From an uncultured virus (IMG/VR IMGVR_UViG_2938983465_000007) (Duplodnaviria > Heunggongvirae > Uroviricota > Caudoviricetes), in the IMG/VR virus record IMGVR_UViG_2938983465_000007: a stretch of DNA of 64,000 nucleotides; one strand, written 5' to 3'. Each line of letters opens with the position of its first letter. Position 1 is the stretch's first letter. Under the pieces are notes generated by a model. It was not told where the DNA came from, searched no databases, and was given only the letters and a program-made list of their open reading frames with translations. Made by a program: the position numbers and the translations under genes. Shown one piece after another: positions 57,642 through 64,000 of the stretch.

Positions 57642-58257
57642 ACAAGTAGTGCACGTTCCCGCCGGGTACCGCATGGACGCCAAGGGGCGCCTGGTACCTG
57701 AAGAAATGATCAAGCCCATCGACCTGGAGCGCGACCGCCTTGTGCAGGAGATCGTTGCCAAGGGGAAGGCTCTGAACAAGGCGTTGCTGGATTTCAAACT
57801 GGCGACATTCGGCGATATCGAAGCCTTCATCACACTGTCGGCCGAGCAGTACCAGGCGAAGGTAGGTGGCAAGAAGGGCAACGCCTCCCTGGTCAGCTTC
57901 GACGGTCGCTACAAGGTCATTCGGGCCATGGCCGACAACATCGCCTTCGACGAGCGCCTGCAGGCGGCCAAGGCGTTGATCGACGAGTGCCTCCACGAAT
58001 GGACAGAAGGTGCTCGCGCGGAGGTCATCACGCTGATCAACGATGCGTTCCGCGTTGACCAGGCGGGAAACATCCGTACCGGCAGCGTGCTCGCTCTGCG
58101 CCGCCTACAGATCGACGACGAGCGCTGGCAACGTGCAATGCAGGCCATCGGCGAGGCTGTCCAGGTCGTGAGCACCAAGGCGTACGTGCGTATCCAGGAG
58201 CGGGTCGGGGACACCGACCAGTACCGCTCCATTCCTCTTGATATCGCGGGGGTGTGA
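57634..58257 (+). CDS. DUF3164-family protein
   Basis: PAGYRMDAKGRLVP..IKPIDLERD...GGKKGN...FDERLQAAK. Confidence 0.85.
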   Translation: MAEQVVHVPAGYRMDAKGRLVPEEMIKPIDLERDRLVQEIVAKGKALNKALLDFKLATFGDIEAFITLSAEQYQAKVGGKKGNASLVSFDGRYKVIRAMADNIAFDERLQAAKALIDECLHEWTEGARAEVITLINDAFRVDQAGNIRTGSVLALRRLQIDDERWQRAMQAIGEAVQVVSTKAYVRIQERVGDTDQYRSIPLDIAGV

Positions 58258-58258
58258 C

Positions 58259-58948
58259 ATGGACCAGGACCGTATCCTCGACAAGATCAAGAAGTGCCTG
58301 GAAATGGCCAAGGGGCGGGGTTCCAACCCGAACGAGGCCGAGATCGCGCTGCGTCATGCCCACAAACTGATGGAAGCCTACAACCTGGAGATGGGCGACG
58401 TGCTGGCCAGCATGGCTGGCGAGGCCAGGGTTCCCGCCGGCTCGGATGGAAAACCGCCGGCCTGGCGGGTGCGCCTCGCTCAAGTGTGCTGCCATGCCTT
58501 CGGCACGCACCTGATCATCTGCACCTCCTATTTCGAAAGCGCTTCGTTCCTGTTCGTCGGCTGCGCGGCGGCGCCGGAGCTGACCGGCTACGCCTACCAG
58601 GTGCTGGAGCGACAGCTGCAGAAGGCGCGCAAGGACTTCCTGAGCACACAGAAACGCTGCAAGCGGTCCACCAAGGTGGCCCGTGGAGATGCCTTCGCAC
58701 ATGGATGGATTGAGGCCGTGTACGCCAAGGTCGACCAGTTCGCGGGCGTCGACGACAACATCGCCGACGCGATCCAGGCGTACATGGCGAAGCACCACGC
58801 TGACGTCGGCAAGTTCGAGATGAAGCGCCGCAAGCTCAAGGCACGTGACGAAGTGGCCAGTGAAGCGGGGTATGCCGCGGGCAAGCGCGCGCGGCTGCAC
58901 CAGGGGATCGGGCACCAGGCCGTGGCTCGGCTTACTCAGGGGGTGTGA
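58259..58948 (+). CDS. DUF2786-domain protein
   Basis: ILDKIKKCL...NPNEAEIALRHAHKLMEAYNL. Confidence 0.85.
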   Translation: MDQDRILDKIKKCLEMAKGRGSNPNEAEIALRHAHKLMEAYNLEMGDVLASMAGEARVPAGSDGKPPAWRVRLAQVCCHAFGTHLIICTSYFESASFLFVGCAAAPELTGYAYQVLERQLQKARKDFLSTQKRCKRSTKVARGDAFAHGWIEAVYAKVDQFAGVDDNIADAIQAYMAKHHADVGKFEMKRRKLKARDEVASEAGYAAGKRARLHQGIGHQAVARLTQGV

Positions 58949-58949
58949 T

Positions 58950-59669
58950 GTGGCCACCGTACTTAGCCAAATCGCCCAGGATGCTCTTGGCCGAGCTTAT
59001 GGCCGGCTCCGTCATCGCAGCGCATGCCGGAGCCGCAGGCCCTGGACTGATGAGGAAATGGAGCAGCTACGTCTGCGGTATCCCCATGAGCCTACTGCTG
59101 ATATCGCCGAGGATCTTGGCCGCTCTATTCATATGCTCTACCACAAGGCCGAACAGCTCGGCCTCAGAAAAACGGCAGCCTTCCTCGCGAGTCCATTGTC
59201 CCGCCGTCTGAATGGCTCACAGGGCTCCGGGCACCGGTTCGCCAAGGGTTCCACTCCCTGGAACAAGGGGCTCAAGGGGTTGCCTTCGATTGGGCGTAGC
59301 TCGGAAACCCAGTTCCAGCCTGGCAGCAAGCCCGGCAATTGGCTGCCAATTGGCAGTCACCGGCTGAGCCGGGATGGCTACCTGCAGCGTAAGGTCACGG
59401 ATACAGGCTATCCCCCCAAGGACTGGGTGGCCGTCCATACATTGCTGTGGGAAGAGCACAACGGCCCAGTTCCAGAGGGACACTGCCTCTGCTTCAGAGA
59501 CGGTAACAAGCAGAACATCACCCTGGACAATCTCGAACTCATCACCCGCGCCGAACGTATGCGGCGCAACACCATTCACCGCTATCCGCCGGAGCTAAAA
59601 GACGCAATTCGCGTGGTCGGCAAGCTCAAGCGCACCATTCGGGAGATTGAGCATGAAAAACAAAGTTGA
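58950..59669 (+). CDS. HNH endonuclease with N-terminal HTH-like region
   Basis: HTLLWEEHNGPVP...FRDGNKQN..LDNL; start approximate. Confidence 0.8.
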   Translation: MATVLSQIAQDALGRAYGRLRHRSACRSRRPWTDEEMEQLRLRYPHEPTADIAEDLGRSIHMLYHKAEQLGLRKTAAFLASPLSRRLNGSQGSGHRFAKGSTPWNKGLKGLPSIGRSSETQFQPGSKPGNWLPIGSHRLSRDGYLQRKVTDTGYPPKDWVAVHTLLWEEHNGPVPEGHCLCFRDGNKQNITLDNLELITRAERMRRNTIHRYPPELKDAIRVVGKLKRTIREIEHEKQS

Positions 59670-59865
59670 AGACCTCCGTAATCATCTCTTCGCCACCCTC
59701 GAAGGGCTGCTTGATAAAGACGAACCACTGGATATCGAGCGGGCGAAGGCGGTTGCCCAGGTGAGTTCGGTGATCATCGAGTCGGCCAAGGTCGAGGTGA
59801 AGGCCATGGAGTTGCTCGACGCCAATGGCAGTAAGTTTCTCCAGATCGGTGAGGAACCGCGGTAA
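59653..59865 (+). CDS. Hypothetical phage protein
   Basis: DLRNHLFATLEGL...ERAKAV...IIESAKVEV; follows HNH gene. Confidence 0.75.
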   Translation: MKNKVEDLRNHLFATLEGLLDKDEPLDIERAKAVAQVSSVIIESAKVEVKAMELLDANGSKFLQIGEEPR

Positions 59866-60428
59866 TGGCCCTCGCGAAAGCACTACTCAGCAAGATCCAC
59901 ATCGCTCGTCAGCAGCTCGGCCTGCAGGACGATGTCTATCGGCAGAAGCTGCAGGTGATGTTCGGCAAGGGGTCGGCGCGGGATCTGAACCTGCGCCAGG
60001 CCGAGCAGTTGCTGACGGAGTTCAAGCGCCTGGGCTGGCAACCACAGCCCAGCAAGCGAGCAGCCGGCAAGCCGCATAACTTCAGTCAGCTGCCCGCCGA
60101 GGTCCAGGTCATCGAGGCGCAGTTGGCCGAGATGAGGCTGCCCTGGAGCTATGCCGACAAGATCGCCAAGCAGATGTTCGGCGTGGCCAAGGTCGCATGG
60201 CTGAAGAAGCCAGATCAGCTCACGGCAATCCTGGCGGCGTTGCACGTCGAGCAGGAGAAACGGTACCTCCTCGCCGAAGTGGATCGGCTCTGCCAGGGCC
60301 TGGGCATCGAGCATCCAGAACAGGCGGCCGGCCTGGAACAGCTGCCGAAAGGATGGCGGCGGCAGCGTCCAATCCTCAAGGCCCTGGTGGAAACGCTCCA
60401 GGCGGCCGCAGATAGCAAGCGGAGGTAA
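59865..60428 (+). CDS. gemA: GemA-family (Mu gp16) regulatory protein
   Basis: KIHIARQQLGLQDDVYR...GKGSARDL. Confidence 0.85.
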   Translation: MALAKALLSKIHIARQQLGLQDDVYRQKLQVMFGKGSARDLNLRQAEQLLTEFKRLGWQPQPSKRAAGKPHNFSQLPAEVQVIEAQLAEMRLPWSYADKIAKQMFGVAKVAWLKKPDQLTAILAALHVEQEKRYLLAEVDRLCQGLGIEHPEQAAGLEQLPKGWRRQRPILKALVETLQAAADSKRR

Positions 60429-60430
60429 TA

Positions 60431-60790
60431 ATGAAGGAGATCCGTTCGCAGCAGATCCGCCGCCGGAACAACATGCTCAGCGAGCTGGCCGAACTGATCG
60501 TCGAAGCGTTCGTGCGCAACGGGATTCCTCGGGAGAAGGCGGTGCCCGAGTCGGAAGAGGTGGCGTTCCAGCTGCATCGGCGCTGGGCCGGTTTGACATT
60601 TGTTTTCCCGGTCAAGGATGACCTGGCCCGCAAGCGTCTGGAGTTGCACATCCTGCAGCGCTACGATGGATCGAACGCCGACAAGCTGGTCCAGGAGTTC
60701 GGAATTTCAGAAGGGCTGATCTACGAAATCGTCAGGAAGCACCGCAGGCAGCGAAAGGATCAGATGACGCTTTTTGACCCGGCCGAATGA
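60431..60790 (+). CDS. Mor/C-family transcription activator
   Basis: WAGLTFVFP...YDGSNADKLVQEFGISEGLIYEIV; GGAGG RBS. Confidence 0.88.
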   Translation: MKEIRSQQIRRRNNMLSELAELIVEAFVRNGIPREKAVPESEEVAFQLHRRWAGLTFVFPVKDDLARKRLELHILQRYDGSNADKLVQEFGISEGLIYEIVRKHRRQRKDQMTLFDPAE

Positions 60791-60910
60791 GCCGGGTCTT
60801 CGTTTCACCCCTGGCAACACCTTTTCATTCTCTCGTCCCGATATTCCCCATCCCCTCCCGCTATATCTCGATTTTTCGCGCACCTCCCCCTAGGTATTTC
60901 TCACCCTCTC

Positions 60911-61810
60911 TCAGCTGCCGTCACCGTCGCCGCTACCATCGCCCCCGCCGTTGCCGTCCCCTCCCCCGCTGCCGTCGCCGCCATTGCCGGTGCCGCCGTC
61001 GTTGCCGCCGCCGTTGTTGTCTCCACCGCCATTGCCATCGCCGCCGCCGTCACCGCCCGGCGTGGTTGGGTCGGTTGGATCCGTGGGATCGGTCGGGGTC
61101 TTGACGCAGGTAGTCCCCGACCACGACCAGCCGGGCGGGCAGCCGGGGTCGTTCGGGTCGGAAGGATCGGTGTTCGGGGTGTCGGGCGGGTTCAGCGAGT
61201 CGCCGGTCTGCGCGAAGGTGTAGGAATCGGCACCGCAATTCTGTCCGGTGCCCTTGAGGATGTAATTGCAGAAGCCGGTGGTGGTGGAGCCTTTGACCAG
61301 ATAGCAACTGGCCGGGCTGGGGTTGCCGCCGTACTCGCAGCTTTGATAACAGGCGCTCGGTGCGCCGCCGTCGCCGACATAGTTCCGCCCGCCCGAGGTG
61401 ACAACAGGCGAGTCCGGGCCCTTGGCCGGAAACAGTTCGCCTTCCTTGCACTCTTCGGGTGGCGGCTTGCAGGCACCGTCGGCCGGATCGAGTTCTTGCT
61501 CTGGAGGACAGCTATCGCCAGTCAAGATGGTAGCCGACGTCTGCCAGGTGATTCCGCCAGTACCCGAAACATTGCACTGAACTTCCTTGTAGCTCAGTTT
61601 GTTGATTTCCTTTAGCCAGTTGGCCGACGTGTTATCGAAGTAGTACTGGCACGCCGCCGTATAGGATGGAAAGAAGGCCGTGGGCTTTCCGGGGATGGAA
61701 ATCTTCCATTGGTAGAAGTCCGCGCTCGCCAAGGAATGCCACAGCAACGAGACCAGCAGGCCCAGCAGCGGAAGAAGTCGGCCAAGGCCGGAACGTGCGT
61801 TGTTACTCAT
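60911..61810 (-). pseudogene. coaA: 5' part of coaA (pIII-like attachment protein), truncated in the Gly-rich linker
   Basis: Signal peptide, Cys-rich domains, PTD and GGD repeats; stop TGA supplied by phage end. Confidence 0.92.
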
Positions 61811-61823
61811 CCAGTCACCCATG

Positions 61824-61858
61824 AAAAAGCCCCCTGCCGGAAACTCCGGAGGGGGCTT
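61824..61858 (-). terminator. Terminator between coaB and coaA
   Basis: AAGCCCCCT...AGGGGGCTT hairpin with T-run on minus strand. Confidence 0.7.
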
Positions 61859-61876
61859 CCGCCTCGGTCTGTTCGG

Positions 61877-61954
61877 TTAGAAGAATTCGCCGGTCCGGTA
61901 CCCGGTGATGAAGGCGCCGGCGAAGAACGCCCCCAACCACACCGACCAGAGCAC
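61877..61954 (-). CDS. Possible 25-aa hydrophobic peptide
   Basis: GTG start: VLWSVWLGAFFAGAFITGYRTGEFF*. Confidence 0.35.
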   Translation of the reverse strand: MLWSVWLGAFFAGAFITGYRTGEFF

Positions 61955-61957
61955 CCG

Positions 61958-62206
61958 TTACGCCTTGCGCAACATGCTGTAGATCAGGCCGGCGACGGCC
62001 AGGATCACCAGGGCGCCGACGATGTAGCCGCCAATGGCCTTCATATCGCCCTGCCCATCGGTGATCGCCGATTCCACCGCGCTGGTGTCGATCACCCCGG
62101 CGAAGGCCGGCAGCGAAGTCGCGGCAGTGACGGAACCGGCGATGCACAGGTTGCGGAACGAGGCGATCGGGCTGAACTTGGCGATGCGTTGCTTCATTGC
62201 TTTCAT
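61958..62206 (-). CDS. coaB: Pf major coat protein
   Basis: Mature GVIDTSAVESAITDGQGDMKAIGGYIVGALVILAVAGLIYSMLRKA is the Pf1-type coat protein. Confidence 0.97.
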   Translation of the reverse strand: MKAMKQRIAKFSPIASFRNLCIAGSVTAATSLPAFAGVIDTSAVESAITDGQGDMKAIGGYIVGALVILAVAGLIYSMLRKA

Positions 62207-62218
62207 GGTGTTTCCTCT

Positions 62219-62470
62219 CTACTTGGCTTTACGAAGAAGTGACGCGACCCAGCCAATCAAAAGCCCCGTCACGAACGATCCCAGGACGCCAGCGGCACCG
62301 ATGCCGAAGGCTTCCGGGGAGAAACCACCGTTGACCAGGATGTCCACGTATCCAGCAGCCTCGGGCGGAATCAGGTAGGCCTGTTGCCATGCGAGTTCGC
62401 GACACGCCGTGAAGCCCTCGGGGGTCGAGGTCCACGCGGTACACACCTGCACAGCGACAACGCCTGACAT
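62219..62470 (-). CDS. Pf minor coat protein (PA0722-like)
   Basis: 83 aa, C-terminal TM; position. Confidence 0.85.
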   Translation of the reverse strand: MSGVVAVQVCTAWTSTPEGFTACRELAWQQAYLIPPEAAGYVDILVNGGFSPEAFGIGAAGVLGSFVTGLLIGWVASLLRKAK

Positions 62471-62482
62471 AGCGATCAGTCC

Positions 62483-62575
62483 TCAAACAGCCAGGGAGGC
62501 CGCTAGGCCGTCGATCCAGCCCCAGGCGTAGCCGGTGGCCAGACCTACCGCGAACAGCGAGAGATAGCGGAGCAT
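62483..62575 (-). CDS. pfsE: Pf 30-aa protein (PA0721-like, superinfection exclusion PfsE)
   Basis: Hand translation [39 protein letters not shown]; position. Confidence 0.8.
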   Translation of the reverse strand: MLRYLSLFAVGLATGYAWGWIDGLAASLAV

Positions 62576-62591
62576 CGCGGCCTCCTACGGC

Positions 62592-63026
62592 TTACGCCTT
62601 GGCGTCCGGGGACTTGTCTTGTTTGTCCTGGCCCTGCGGCTGCTGGGCCGGGCGCGGGGCTTGGGCCTGTGCTTGCGGGCGGGCCGGGGCTTGGGCGGTC
62701 GGCGCCATCGGCTTGCCGCCCACCGCCAACAGATCCACAAGGACTTGGGTATTGGTGATCCGACCGAAACGGTCTTGGGTCGGGCGGACCACGCTGGCGA
62801 ACTTGCAGAGCACCGGCTGGCCTTCGAAGACGATGGCGTCCAGCAGGGTCGGCTCGATGTTGTATTCGCTGATCTCGAAGCCCTTGGCGTTGCCACGGGC
62901 ACCTTCCGGGATCGGGGCGATGGACTGGACCGAGGCGTAGATTTCCCCGGTCTTGGTCGAGGTATAGGTGTCGGTCTTGGTGACCCACAGTTCGACGACG
63001 CCGCCTTGGGTTGCAAACATGTTCAT
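62592..63026 (-). CDS. Pf single-stranded DNA-binding protein (PA0720-like)
   Basis: MNMFATQGGVVELWVTKTD, 144 aa, Pro/Gln/Ala-rich tail. Confidence 0.92.
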   Translation of the reverse strand: MNMFATQGGVVELWVTKTDTYTSTKTGEIYASVQSIAPIPEGARGNAKGFEISEYNIEPTLLDAIVFEGQPVLCKFASVVRPTQDRFGRITNTQVLVDLLAVGGKPMAPTAQAPARPQAQAQAPRPAQQPQGQDKQDKSPDAKA

Positions 63027-63159
63027 CGGTGTTTCTCCTTCAATTCGCCTTTTTCGGCGTGAGTTGTCCCGCTGCTGCAAATTCGGCTGTTTCGCCTTCA
63101 TTCAGCGGTGTTGGGTGAAAGTGATGTGTGGGCGATCCCTTCGGGCCGGGCTCTATTCG

Positions 63160-63537
63160 CTAGCGAACCAAGCCAACCACGGGTGTTCGTCTCAGCCCAT
63201 TCGAGTAACGGTCCCTATCGCAACGTCGTCTCCGACAGCCAAGGGGAACGCTTCCCCTTGGAACCCGCAGAGCAACACCAAGGGCTCTGCCCTTGTCATC
63301 CCGCTCTTGCCGCCGAGGGCTCGGGAGCGCGGGGCGGAGGAGCTGCCCCACACTCCCAAGCAGAGGCTGTTTCAGGGGGGAGGCGTTCAAGGGTGCGCTG
63401 CGCCCGTGCTTCCGTTCGCCGGAACGGTGAGGCTGTTCCGACGAGCCGGGAGCGCGGCCCTTGACCGGATCGGCCACGGTGCGGGCGGCTTGGATCAAGC
63501 AGAGCAGGAGCAGCGCTTTCAGGGTCTTAGCGAGCAT
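63160..63537 (-). CDS. Pf hypothetical protein (PA0719-like)
   Basis: 125 aa at expected position; GGAGG RBS. Confidence 0.6.
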   Translation of the reverse strand: MLAKTLKALLLLCLIQAARTVADPVKGRAPGSSEQPHRSGERKHGRSAPLNASPLKQPLLGSVGQLLRPALPSPRRQERDDKGRALGVALRVPRGSVPLGCRRRRCDRDRYSNGLRRTPVVGLVR

Positions 63538-63540
63538 GGG

Positions 63541-63828
63541 TCAGCCCTCCAATTGGAATGCTTCGCGCACGGGCACAAAGGGCGTGGGCTTCCCGCTGTC
63601 GTACACAACGTGCCAGTACTTCGGCGGACGCCGGGACGGGTCGTGTTTCGCGCAGAAGGAACGGGGACGGCAGAGCCAGCGGCCACCTTCCAGATAGGGC
63701 AGCCCAGGGGGCCGGCAGTCCGGACACGGCGACGGGTTGTGCAATGGGATGGCCTGCCTTGCGGACCAGCACACAGAGCAGGCGCAGTCCGGGGCGTGGG
63801 TTTGGCGCAAGTAATTCGGAGACGACAT
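63541..63828 (-). CDS. Pf Cys-rich protein (PA0718-like)
   Basis: MSSPNY...CACSVC...CPDC; AGGAGG RBS. Confidence 0.8.
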   Translation of the reverse strand: MSSPNYLRQTHAPDCACSVCWSARQAIPLHNPSPCPDCRPPGLPYLEGGRWLCRPRSFCAKHDPSRRPPKYWHVVYDSGKPTPFVPVREAFQLEG

Positions 63829-63831
63829 GGT

Positions 63832-64000
63832 CAGCTTCCTCCTTATCTTGGCGAGCACGACCCCAGGCGAGAGCCTCAACCCGCAGGTCGGTCAGATAGG
63901 ATTCTTCCGGCTGGGAGAGGTAGCCGGCGTCCATGAGGCCATCGATCAGCATCAGGGCGCGGTCGAAGGGTTCGCTGGGATGCTCTGCCGCGTGCAGCAG
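63832..64000 (-). CDS. Pf PA0717-like protein (partial; start outside window, 3' end uncertain)
   Basis: HAAEHPSEPFDRALMLIDGLMDAGYL at expected position. Confidence 0.5.

Larger units (their letters stand above)
21004..60913. mobile_element. B3-like (Mu-like) transposable prophage, 39,910 bp, apparently complete
   Basis: TG at 21004, CA at 60912-60913; GCTGCC at 20998-21003 and 60914-60919; transposase A/B, GemA, Mor, Mu-like head genes, siphovirus-type tail; early genes read toward the right end. Confidence 0.96.

Noticed and set aside
60914..61190. GGC/GAC-rich repeats as a separate repeat element
   Set aside because: They encode the Gly/Asp and Pro-Thr-Asp linker of CoaA
63527..63952. 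PA0717-like frame reading through into the PA0718-like gene as a frameshift mutation
   Set aside because: A TGA lies one base out of frame near 63832, but the gene start is outside the window and I cannot compare with a reference; left unresolved

Overview
GC-rich (Pseudomonas aeruginosa-type) DNA made up almost entirely of three stacked prophages. (1) 1-15531 is the right part of a lambdoid-like temperate prophage: holins, a late antiterminator-like gene, an iteron origin, primase-helicase, a cro/cI switch, an early accessory operon with dNMP kinase, HD hydrolase and cytosine methyltransferase, then xis and integrase. It ends in a duplicated 3' half of tRNA-Gly (att). (2) From 15532 past the window end is a Pf4-like filamentous prophage on the minus strand (pfiT/pfiA, intF, PA0727-like rep, zot, PA0725, coaA, coaB, PA0722-PA0717 equivalents) at the same tRNA-Gly site. 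(3) 21004-60913 is an apparently complete 39,910-bp B3-like (Mu-like) transposable prophage with TG...CA ends and a 6-bp GCTGCC target duplication. It is inserted inside Pf coaA and carries an Acb2 anti-CBASS gene. The most novel-looking signal is in prophage 1. A bipartite motif (CTCTCAC/CTCACCC, often in a hairpin loop, followed 15-31 nt later by CACAGCAC at or near start codons) recurs in both early transcripts. Two candidate small RNAs (5098-5195 plus; about 497-620 minus) carry complementary sequence, suggesting an RNA-based regulatory circuit. All calls come from reading the sequence and recalling protein families; no searches were run.
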